Shown one piece after another: positions 56,700 to 64,000 of a stretch of 64,000 nucleotides of DNA. Source of the stretch: Dehalococcoidia bacterium (lineage in GTDB: Bacteria; Chloroflexota; Dehalococcoidia; Dehalococcoidales; RBG-16-60-22); the NCBI GenBank assembly GCA_011174815.1, contig DUFF01000069.1:5603-69602 (forward strand), written 5' to 3'. The notes beneath the pieces were generated by a model. That model had not been told where the DNA came from, made no database searches, and saw only the letters and a program-made list of their open reading frames with translations. The first letter of the stretch is position 1. Each line of letters opens with the position of its first letter. The translations under genes were made by a program, and so were the position numbers.

Positions 56700-56708
56700 T
56701 GCTATAAT
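56700..56708 (+). promoter_or_regulatory. Extended -10 element TGcTATAAT upstream of the peroxiredoxin gene
   Basis: Read at 56700-56708, 54 nt upstream of the ATG at 56762. TTGACA at 56676-56681 is spaced too far (21 nt) to be the -35. Confidence 0.4.
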
Positions 56709-56761
56709 TAATTTCGGCAAATGGCAGGTAATTACATACCTGAGTCAAGGAGGTGAGCATC

Positions 56762-57373
56762 ATGAGCGTACAGGTTGGGAAACCAGCTCCGGACTTCACC
56801 GCCAAGGCGTACCACAAGGGCGCCGCCAGGGAAGTCAAACTCTCCGATTATCGCGGCCGATGGGTTATGCTCTGCTTCTACCCAGCTGACTTCACTTGCG
56901 TCTGACCGACGGAACTGGCGGCAGTTGCCGTTAAGTATGCGGAATTTCAGGAACTGGGGGTTGATGTCCTCTCCATCAGCGTTGACAGCAATTTTTCGCA
57001 CAAGGTCTGGCAGGAAGTTGAGCTCTCCAAGATGGTCAAAGGCGGCATCCCCTATCCCATGCTCTCCGACCCGGGAGGCAAGATTGGCACGCTCTACGGC
57101 GTGTACGACGAGGAGAAGGGAGTGGACGTGCGCGGCCGTTTCCTTATTGACCCGGATGGCGCGGTCCAGGCTATGGAGGTTCTAACGCCCCCCGTAGGCC
57201 GCAACGTTGCCGAGGTGCTGCGCCAGCTGAGAGCCTTCCAGCATCATCAGAAGACCGGTGAACTCATGCCCTCCGGATGGCAGCCAGGCAAGCCAACGCT
57301 CCCGCCCGAGAGCGAGACATTAACGCGGGCCGGCCATGTCTGGGAGGTCTGGAAAACGGATTACGCATTTTAA
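56762..57373 (+). CDS. prxU: Peroxiredoxin with selenocysteine at the peroxidatic position (in-frame TGA at 56903-56905)
   Basis: The ORF track only has the C-terminal 57032-57373. ATG at 56762 (SD aaggaggtg) in the same frame gives [17 protein letters not shown]...[24 protein letters not shown]..., which is the universal Prx motif FYPxDFTFVCPTE with TGA in place of Cys. Confidence 0.85.
56909..56931 (+). promoter_or_regulatory. SECIS-like hairpin downstream of TGA
   Basis: acggaactg-gcgg-cagttgccgt forms 9 bp with one bulged G. The apical loop GCGG begins 16 nt from the U of UGA. Confidence 0.45.
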
Positions 57374-57402
57374 AAATCAGAATATCTTATGCGCCAAGGA
57401 GG

Positions 57403-58068
57403 TTAATACGCCGGGATTGACTGCAGCCCTCTGACCACGTCATTCAGGTCATTGAAGGGCATGTATTTGAGGCTTTTCTCCCGGCAGTGCCTGAGCAGGT
57501 CATCGCGGGCAAAAACATAGTTGGCCAGACTGGCAGGCAAGATATCTGAATACCCATCGCCAATGTAAGCCACGCGGTAGCCCTGACCGAGATGCCGCTC
57601 AACATAGGCCCTCTTGAAGTTCTCGACCATCGGCTGCCCATCGGGGCCAACATAGATAATATTGAGCCCATCAGGATTAAATTCAGTATGCGCGGCGAAT
57701 ACGTCGATATCCCTGACGCCGATATGTTTCAGAATAGCATCGATATAAAATTTCAGTCCGTTGCTGACGATAACGAATTCAAAACCCCTTGCCGAACAGT
57801 GCGCCAGCAGTTCATGAAAACCGGGACGAATGCTCACCCTGTTGCCGGTGAACAGATAATCGAGCATGGTCGCCTCATCCGCTTTTATCATGCTGAAAGC
57901 CCTCTGGCTGAAGACGCCTACCGGTATCCTGTGCTCCCGGTATTCCTGTAAAATCTGCCGCCAGTCGCCATCGGCAAAGGCATCGAGGAGCATAAAGCTG
58001 ACATCAAACTCGGCGATGGTGTTGTCAAAATCACATTGCACCAGCGTTTTGGCTACAGTGGAATTCAT
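57403..58068 (-). CDS. HAD-IB family phosphatase (MtnX-like)
   Basis: Start at MNSTVAKTLVQCDFDNTI (SD ggaga). Has DFDNT motif I, VSNG and GDGYSD. Confidence 0.75.
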   Translation of the reverse strand: MNSTVAKTLVQCDFDNTIAEFDVSFMLLDAFADGDWRQILQEYREHRIPVGVFSQRAFSMIKADEATMLDYLFTGNRVSIRPGFHELLAHCSARGFEFVIVSNGLKFYIDAILKHIGVRDIDVFAAHTEFNPDGLNIIYVGPDGQPMVENFKRAYVERHLGQGYRVAYIGDGYSDILPASLANYVFARDDLLRHCREKSLKYMPFNDLNDVVRGLQSIPAY

Positions 58069-58208
58069 GATTTCTCCTGCGTCATGGAAAATTTTGCGGG
58101 CTCGGCTGCACGGTAAATGGTCAGCAGCGTTCCCCATACAAGATACCATTAAAGCGACGTGGAAGTCTATGCACCGAGGTGCTAGAATGAAATCGAGCGT
58201 TAGACATC

Positions 58209-58940
58209 ATGGCAACCAACTACATTATTGGTACCTCCGGCTGGCACTACGAGCACTGGCGCGCTACTTTTTACCCGCCGAAGCTGGCTAAATCAAGCTG
58301 GCTGGAATTTTATGCCCGTCATTTCCACACCGTTGAGCTCAACGCCAGCTTTTATCGGCTGCCCTCGGAAGATGCCTTCAAAACCTGGCACCGGTCGACG
58401 CCTCCGGATTTTACCTTCGCCGTTAAGGTGAGCCGGTTCATCACCCATATCAAGCGCCTCAGGAACGCCGAGGAGCCGCTGCATAACTTCCTGGAAAGGG
58501 CGCAGATTCTGGGAGAAAAGCTTGGCCCCCTTCTCTACCAGCTTCCGCCCGGCCTGCACCGCGATGACGAAGTGCTGGAGTCGTTTCTCGCTCAACTGCC
58601 GCATGGCTGGCGCCACGCTTTCGAGTTCCGGCACGGGTCGTGGCTTGATGATGAAGTCTTCCAAATCCTGCGCCAGCACAACGTCGGTCTCTGCGTCTTT
58701 GACATGCCCAAGCTCACCTGCCCGCTGGTCGCCACCGCCGATTTCGCCTACATCAGGTTTCACGGAAGCGATGCGCTGTACTCCAGCAATTACTCCGATG
58801 AAGAACTCGCCGACTGGGCGAAGAAGATAACGCAAATGGCCGATACACTGAAGACGGTTTATATTTACTTCAACAATGACATCGAGGGATTTGCGCTGAA
58901 CAATGCCAGGACCATCCGTACCTATCTGCAAGCCAAATAA
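58209..58940 (+). CDS. DUF72 (YecE-like) protein
   Basis: 243 aa with IGTSGWHYEHWRATFYP...FHTVELNASFYRLP, the typical DUF72 N-terminus. Confidence 0.85.
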   Translation: MATNYIIGTSGWHYEHWRATFYPPKLAKSSWLEFYARHFHTVELNASFYRLPSEDAFKTWHRSTPPDFTFAVKVSRFITHIKRLRNAEEPLHNFLERAQILGEKLGPLLYQLPPGLHRDDEVLESFLAQLPHGWRHAFEFRHGSWLDDEVFQILRQHNVGLCVFDMPKLTCPLVATADFAYIRFHGSDALYSSNYSDEELADWAKKITQMADTLKTVYIYFNNDIEGFALNNARTIRTYLQAK

Positions 58941-58958
58941 TACCGTAAGGAGATAAGA

Positions 58959-59777
58959 TTGACCGATAATTCTTACCGGCTTTTGGTGGTTGATATTGAC
59001 GGCACACTGGTAAATCGACACGGCACAATTTCAGACGAAGACAGGGAAGCCATGTTCCGGGTGCGCCAAGCAGGCGTGCAGGTCGCCCTTTCCACCGGCC
59101 GTGGCCTCCAGGCCACCATGAATATTATCAATGAGCTCTCCCTGGATAGCTACCACATTTCGTTTGACGGCGCACTGGTCAGCCACCCGAGCAACAGAGA
59201 GGAAATTTACGTCAGTCCTATCGCCAAAGAACTGGTGAGGCAGATGATTGATGTGGCGCACCGGTGCCGGGTCGACCTTGAGCTTTTCACCGTGACGCAC
59301 TACTTTGTAGAGCGGGAGACGTGGTCAACCGAAGCCCACCGCGATTTCTTTGGCGTAAACTCGACTATGGTGGACTTACGTGAAATCTGGCAGCGGGAGA
59401 GAATCCTCAAGGGAGGTGTGGTACCCACCAGCCCCGAGGAAAAGGCCAGGGCCGCGGATTTCTGCAGTCAACTTGACCACCGTTTGCATCTTTCGCGGGC
59501 CAGAACACCCGCCTATCCCGGGGTCGATTTCTTCAATATCCTCGCCCCCGGCGTTTCCAAGGGAAAGGCGCTGGAAAAGCTGGCGGCCCACCTTAAAATA
59601 CCTCTCCGCGAGACTATTGCCGTGGGTGATGGCACCAATGATGTCTCGCTCCTGAAAACAGCCGGCCTCGCCATCGCCATGGGGAATGCTGCCGATGAGG
59701 TAAAAGCAATCGCCGATTACGTTACCCTTGACGTTGACCACAGCGGGCTGGCGGCCGCCATGAAAGTATTCCTCTAG
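58959..59777 (+). CDS. Cof-type HAD-IIB hydrolase
   Basis: 272 aa with a TTG start. Has VVDIDGTL and VGDGTNDVSLLKTAGLAIAMGNA. Confidence 0.85.
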   Translation: MTDNSYRLLVVDIDGTLVNRHGTISDEDREAMFRVRQAGVQVALSTGRGLQATMNIINELSLDSYHISFDGALVSHPSNREEIYVSPIAKELVRQMIDVAHRCRVDLELFTVTHYFVERETWSTEAHRDFFGVNSTMVDLREIWQRERILKGGVVPTSPEEKARAADFCSQLDHRLHLSRARTPAYPGVDFFNILAPGVSKGKALEKLAAHLKIPLRETIAVGDGTNDVSLLKTAGLAIAMGNAADEVKAIADYVTLDVDHSGLAAAMKVFL

Positions 59778-60610
59778 CCCAGAAATCGCACCAGCAGGTC
59801 GGAAAATTCACGAATTCTCTGCCGGTAGACACTGTGCCCAGAATTCTGAAAAACGCGCACCTGACAGTTGGGAATCCGCGCGGCAGCTAGGTAAGCCTGG
59901 TGAACCGGGACAATATTATCATTGGCGCCCCAGACAAGCAACGTCGGTATCAGCAATTCGGAAAGCCGGTTCACCAAGACAGTGGTCTGTCCCTTTACCG
60001 TCATCATGCTTTTCCCTATGCTCATCCTGAGGAGAGGGGGCGGGGTTATCTTTTCCAGCGGGCAATTCAATTTCCTGATCAGCCACCCTATCGCTTTGAA
60101 AATAGAGACCACGGTTTTCTTCGCAACTCGATAAAAAACGGGCAGGGACAGAATTCTGGACCAGAACGCAATCTCTCTTCCCAGGCAGAGGCTGCTGACC
60201 AGAACCAGACGTTTGATTTTATGCGGAAATCGCAGGGCATAGTTCAGGGCGATGCCACCGCCAAGGGAATGACCGATGAGGTGGAAGTGGCCCAGACCCA
60301 GACTGCGGGAGAAATCCTCCACGAAGGCGACGTATGAAGATAGCTCAAAGTCCTCAGCAATCGCTTTGCTGCGGCCAAAGCCGGGGAGGTCAGGCAGGTA
60401 GACCTGATAATACTTGGAGAGTTCAGCGGCATTTTTCAGCCAGGCAAGGCCGCTGCCACCACCGCCATGAATCACAATCAGAGGTTCGCCCTCCCCACCG
60501 GTGAGATAATGGATGTCAAGCTGCCCCACCTTAATACATTCTGGGCGCAGACCGGTCCCACTGAGATGGCTGGTAACTTCTTCAGAAAATGTATCCTGAC
60601 TCATTATCAC
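59774..60610 (-). CDS. Alpha/beta hydrolase
   Basis: 278 aa with VIHGGGGSG and the nucleophile elbow GHSLGG. Confidence 0.85.
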   Translation of the reverse strand: MIMSQDTFSEEVTSHLSGTGLRPECIKVGQLDIHYLTGGEGEPLIVIHGGGGSGLAWLKNAAELSKYYQVYLPDLPGFGRSKAIAEDFELSSYVAFVEDFSRSLGLGHFHLIGHSLGGGIALNYALRFPHKIKRLVLVSSLCLGREIAFWSRILSLPVFYRVAKKTVVSIFKAIGWLIRKLNCPLEKITPPPLLRMSIGKSMMTVKGQTTVLVNRLSELLIPTLLVWGANDNIVPVHQAYLAAARIPNCQVRVFQNSGHSVYRQRIREFSDLLVRFLG

Positions 60611-60790
60611 CTATTCTATTGCTGTGAAGACTATCGGCTATGCACTACCTCTTCCAATATAAAACACGGAAGTTAAAAAATTGTTAAAATCCGCCATAAA
60701 ACAGGGCGGATAAATTACAAAATTATTACAAACCTGCCATCAGCCAATGGCAACAAGCTCGCACCGCTGAAATGGTCCCAAGCAAACGTA

Positions 60791-60799
60791 TGGTATAAT
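60791..60799 (+). promoter_or_regulatory. Extended -10 element TGgTATAAT
   Basis: Read at 60791-60799. No convincing -35. Lies 30 nt upstream of a terminator-like hairpin. Confidence 0.35.
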
Positions 60800-60828
60800 G
60801 AAGATGCTTGCGGTTTCCACCCAAAAAG

Positions 60829-60864
60829 AAAGGCGGGCGTTTTCGCCGCCTTCTTTATATTATT
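60829..60864 (+). terminator. Intrinsic-terminator-like hairpin (10-bp stem, one bulge, TTTT loop) followed by a T-rich tract
   Basis: gaaaggcgggcg-tttt-cgccgccttc then tttatattatt. The opposite strand is also followed by a T-run (ttctttttggg). Confidence 0.5.
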
Positions 60865-60941
60865 CTAACCGAATACGGTCTCAAATTCAAATCGCGGCTC
60901 TTTATGGAAACATGCTGAATATCATTTAAGGGGGTACGTAT

Positions 60942-61529
60942 ATGGCTAAAGTTCAAATGGGTCCCGGAACGTTTATCTACCCCATGCCCACGCTCCTTGT
61001 TGGCGCCAATGTCGATGGCAAGCCAAACTTCATGACCGTAGCCTGGGGTAACATTGCCAATGCCGAACCGCCAATGGCCACCGTGGCCATACGGTCCAGC
61101 CGCCATACCCACATCGGCATTGAGCAAAACAGGACTTTCTCCATCAATATCCCTTCCGCTGACCTGCTGAAAGAAGCCGACTATTGCGGCATTGCCTCCG
61201 GCGCCGGGGTAAACAAAGTTCAGGCCTGTCACTTCACCGTATTCTATGGCAAGCTGGGGACGGCGCCGATGATTGAGCAATGCCCCATAAACCTAGAGTG
61301 CCGCGTTATGCATTCTCTGGAACTGGGGAGCCATACGCTATATGTCGGCAGGATTGACGAGGTCCACGCCTCCAGCGACTGCTTTACCGATGGCAGGCTT
61401 GACCTGGACAAAGTGAAGCCGCTGGTCTTTTTACAAGAGCCTTTGCGGCAGTATCACGCCGTGGGGCAATTTCAGGGTAAGGCATTCAGCATTGGGCTGG
61501 AAATCAAGGGGCAAGAGCCGTCTGGCTAG
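60942..61529 (+). CDS. Flavin reductase-like FMN-binding protein
   Basis: 195 aa with PTLLVGANVDGKPNFMTVAWG, a split-barrel flavin reductase pattern. Confidence 0.8.
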   Translation: MAKVQMGPGTFIYPMPTLLVGANVDGKPNFMTVAWGNIANAEPPMATVAIRSSRHTHIGIEQNRTFSINIPSADLLKEADYCGIASGAGVNKVQACHFTVFYGKLGTAPMIEQCPINLECRVMHSLELGSHTLYVGRIDEVHASSDCFTDGRLDLDKVKPLVFLQEPLRQYHAVGQFQGKAFSIGLEIKGQEPSG

Positions 61530-62227
61530 GCCTGTTCCGGCTGGTATTTCTTCACCAGTTCCGGGTCATAGGCTGCCCTTCGCCCAATGCACCGTTCCCG
61601 CGGACACAGCTGACAGCTTTCAAAGCTGACCTCGGTGGGGAAAAATATCCCGGACACCGACTTGATAGGAACCATCAGGAAGCTATCGGTGAGCCTGACG
61701 CCGATGAGCTCCTCAACCTTTTCCCTGCCCCCAAAGAGGGAGAACAGCTCTTTTTGCTGCATTATTGGCCAGTCAATTTCCGCCCCGGCACCTGGTGCCA
61801 TTCTGGATAATTGACCGAGAGCATATCTTTTCTTCAAGTAGTCCTCAACATATTGCCGGGCCAGGACTACCGTCGTCTCCTTGATCTGGTCAAGGTAGTA
61901 TCCCTTGATGAAATCCGTGGACGGGATGTCAATCTCTTCAAGTTCCCGGCCGCAGGTAACGACGTAGGGAAATACGCGCTCCACCTTGTCCAGATTTACC
62001 CTGAGCACGCGACTGGTAAATTTGATGCCGCCGATTTCCAGCGAGTCACCATTTTTGTTCTCAACGTAGGCAACCTCATAGACCGCCTTGGGCCTGGCAA
62101 TAGGACGGGCGATGTCCAGCATTTCCCGAATGTTACCCACGATATTATCGCTTCGGTTGCGGAGGCGCATCCGTTTCAAAACGGCTTCAAGATCCAGTTC
62201 GATCGGAATACTGTTCAGTACTTCCAT
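61526..62227 (-). CDS. Methionine synthase activation-domain-like (Met_synt_B12 family) protein
   Basis: Start at MEVLNSIPIE (SD ggaaggag). Has SRMAPGAG...DWPIMQQKELFSLF...LTDSFLMVPIKSVSGIFF, as in B12-dependent methionine synthase activation domains. Confidence 0.55.
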   Translation of the reverse strand: MEVLNSIPIELDLEAVLKRMRLRNRSDNIVGNIREMLDIARPIARPKAVYEVAYVENKNGDSLEIGGIKFTSRVLRVNLDKVERVFPYVVTCGRELEEIDIPSTDFIKGYYLDQIKETTVVLARQYVEDYLKKRYALGQLSRMAPGAGAEIDWPIMQQKELFSLFGGREKVEELIGVRLTDSFLMVPIKSVSGIFFPTEVSFESCQLCPRERCIGRRAAYDPELVKKYQPEQA

Positions 62228-62305
62228 GATGCTCCTTCCAAAAACACTGGATATATTTGATAAAGAGGATTTGCCCGGATGAAACAATGTCAGCTGTTTA
62301 CGGAT

Positions 62306-62734
62306 TTATCGCTGGCGTGCGCGGATGGCTTTGCGCACCGCTTCTTCTATCGTTTCCTCAACCTGCCGGGTGCGCTCGTATTCCAGCCTGGACAGTTCTT
62401 CCTCACAGAAACGCTCGAACAACTGTTTTCCCTGTCTCCAGCCACAGAGCCAGACCATGGCCAGCCCGAAAAGGGCCACCGGCGCTACAATTTCAACGGG
62501 GACTTGCTGAAAAAGAAGGATGATGACGATGATAAGCACAGCAAAGAGAAAGATGGCGATATTCAGGTCCCATCTGGCCGTGCGCGCTCTATCCTTTGCC
62601 CTCTGGATGGCAAGACGTTCATTCTCTTTATTCTCGCGCTCGGAAGACTTATCTGCCTGCACTTTATCACCTCTTCTACCCACCAAGCCCGACGATTCGG
62701 TATTCCTCTGTGAGGCCACTCTACCGACTCCCAT
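62306..62734 (-). CDS. Hypothetical membrane protein
   Basis: 142 aa with a charged N-terminus, two TM helices and a charged C-terminal helix. No family recognised. Confidence 0.45.
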   Translation of the reverse strand: MGVGRVASQRNTESSGLVGRRGDKVQADKSSERENKENERLAIQRAKDRARTARWDLNIAIFLFAVLIIVIILLFQQVPVEIVAPVALFGLAMVWLCGWRQGKQLFERFCEEELSRLEYERTRQVEETIEEAVRKAIRARQR

Positions 62735-62826
62735 TATAGCTTATTTTCCACCAATGTTCCCCCTCTGTCAAGCAAGAACATATTATATTATTGTTACAAA
62801 ACAACAGGTTTCAGAGGTGAGGGGGG

Positions 62827-63051
62827 TTACCTTTTCCAGAAGTTGAGCAGGCGTTTCCACCAGGGTTCCCTGTCCCCTAATCCCTTGATGACAAATATAT
62901 GTTCGCATTTGCCACACCGCCAGGTCTTGAACTGGGCGTTGTAATATGTCTTCGAGCTGCCGCAGCGGGGACACGTGGTGCGAATCCTGGACTCGGTTTC
63001 CTTATCCAGATTGCGCCAGTATCGGTCATACCAGCCCGGACGTGTCGGCAT
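62827..63051 (-). CDS. Small zinc-ribbon protein
   Basis: Start at MPTRPGWYD with a strong SD (aaaggagatagat). Has CPRCGS...CGKCEH. The ORF-track start at 63120 overlaps the GTPase gene. Confidence 0.55.
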   Translation of the reverse strand: MPTRPGWYDRYWRNLDKETESRIRTTCPRCGSSKTYYNAQFKTWRCGKCEHIFVIKGLGDREPWWKRLLNFWKR

Positions 63052-63079
63052 ATCTATCTCCTTTAAATTATTTTCTTTG

Positions 63080-64000
63080 CTACACGTGCAACTCGATGAT
63101 ATCCCCATCCTGCAGAACATGGTCGCGCTTCACCATGATGCCATCGTGCTTGCCTGACCCCCACAGCCGGGCATATTTGAGCCGGGCACGAAAGTCCTTG
63201 TGCACTGCTTCCGCAGCGTCGGCCAGCGTGCTTCCCTTCGGCAAAATGATAGGGTCATTCATATCCGGCTTCTGGCCTGGAGTTTTGGTATACACGCGGA
63301 TAATCCCAAGCACCTGGAAGACCTTCCGCTTCATCTCTTCCAGCCCGAACCTATCCCTGGCCGAGACATAAGCAACGGGAAGTTTCTCGCCATACCCGGT
63401 CTGTATGGCGGCAAAACCGGCATCAGCACCGGGAATGTCCGCTTTGTTGGCGGCAACCAGGACCCTCTGCTGCCTCAGGATTTCCTCGCCAGTATCCTCT
63501 GGGCTGAGGCTGATTCTCATCTGCCGCAACTGCTCGATTATCGATGCCATCTGCTCCAGGGGCGCGTTATCCAAATCAACCACAATCAGCAGGGCATCGG
63601 CCCGCCGCAGCATGGGCGGCAGCCACCACTCAATCATCTGGGGCACCAGGGGTGGGGTATCAATCAGCTGTATCTGTATGTTTTCAAAGGGCATCATGGC
63701 CGGGCTGGCGGCGTAGGTGGTGAAGGGATAGTCGGCCACGACCGGCGCAGCGTTGGTCACGCTGGCCACGAGCTGTGATTTACCGGCATTGGGCAGCCCG
63801 ATGACAGCTACCTGGGCAGCCCCTTCCTTCTCAATCGCCATGGAGGTGCGCTGGGCACCGCTCTTCTTGCCCGCCTGTTGCGTCAGCTTGGCGATTCTAC
63901 TTCTCAGCTCGGCACGTAGGTGGTCGGTGCCCTTATGCTTGGGCATAATCGCCAGCATCTCTTCCAGCGCGTCGATTTTCTCCGCCGGGGTCTTTGCCGC
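63080..64000 (-). CDS. DRG/Rbg-type GTPase with C-terminal TGS domain (5' end beyond right window edge)
   Basis: Has G1 GLPNAGKSQLV, G3 LIDTPP, G4 ANKAD and a C-terminal TGS (VYTKTPGQKPD...VLQDGDIIELHV). The frame stays open upstream of M at 63958 through to position 64000. Confidence 0.8.
   Translation of the reverse strand, partial: AAKTPAEKIDALEEMLAIMPKHKGTDHLRAELRSRIAKLTQQAGKKSGAQRTSMAIEKEGAAQVAVIGLPNAGKSQLVASVTNAAPVVADYPFTTYAASPAMMPFENIQIQLIDTPPLVPQMIEWWLPPMLRRADALLIVVDLDNAPLEQMASIIEQLRQMRISLSPEDTGEEILRQQRVLVAANKADIPGADAGFAAIQTGYGEKLPVAYVSARDRFGLEEMKRKVFQVLGIIRVYTKTPGQKPDMNDPIILPKGSTLADAAEAVHKDFRARLKYARLWGSGKHDGIMVKRDHVLQDGDIIELHV

Noticed and set aside
60804-60929. 41-codon ORF (MLAVSTQKERRAF...) starting just after the extended -10 element at 60791
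   Set aside because: It has no SD. The ATG would lie at or before the predicted transcription start, and the ORF reads straight through the terminator hairpin. An RNA-level explanation is preferred.
1-64000. Scan for CRISPR arrays, rRNA, tRNA, tmRNA or long tandem repeats
   Set aside because: No periodic repeat-spacer structure, no cloverleaf-like T-arm/anticodon-arm combinations and no rRNA-like segments were seen in the intergenic gaps. All gaps longer than 150 bp are accounted for above.

Overview
The window is a gene-dense stretch of bacterial chromosome with about 75 protein-coding genes. GC is high by eye; nothing was computed. I found no rRNA, tRNA or CRISPR array. Gene content suggests an anaerobic, Chloroflexota/Dehalococcoidia-like organism, but that is only inference: EtfAB and acyl-CoA dehydrogenases, a DUF35/thiolase pair, a membrane Fe-S oxidoreductase, FeoAB-Fur and selenoproteins.

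Most of the window is housekeeping:
- purine salvage (hpt-ade)
- fabD-fabG-rpmF-yceD
- etfBA and two acyl-CoA dehydrogenases
- ispH, plsC, plsY
- feoAB-fur
- secDF
- the CCA-adding enzyme
- recA-recX-rny-ymdB
- nadE

Five things stand out:
1. A NurA nuclease gene (28491-29690) and a translationally coupled pair, a HAS-barrel-like protein plus a HerA-type ATPase (20803-18603), point the same way but are separated by about 7.6 kb. That stretch (about 20.8-28.4 kb) is visibly more AT-rich and carries decayed recombinase and transposase fragments.
2. Inside that stretch is an intact 1,996-bp IS6-like element with 17-bp terminal inverted repeats, an 8-bp target-site duplication (CAATTGTA) and two passenger membrane ORFs.
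3. Two genes are only full length if an in-frame TGA is read as selenocysteine. One is a peroxiredoxin (FTCV-U-PTE). The other is a C_GCAxxG_C_C-family redox protein in which TGA replaces the first conserved Cys. Each has a hairpin just downstream of the TGA.
4. The AT-rich stretch encodes a 306-aa protein of unknown function built from two homologous halves.
5. There are several regulatory candidates: a perfect 8-1-8 palindrome upstream of fur-feoAB, a recA-recX terminator, and an orphan promoter-plus-terminator unit.

All functional calls come from reading motifs in the supplied translations. No database search was run.
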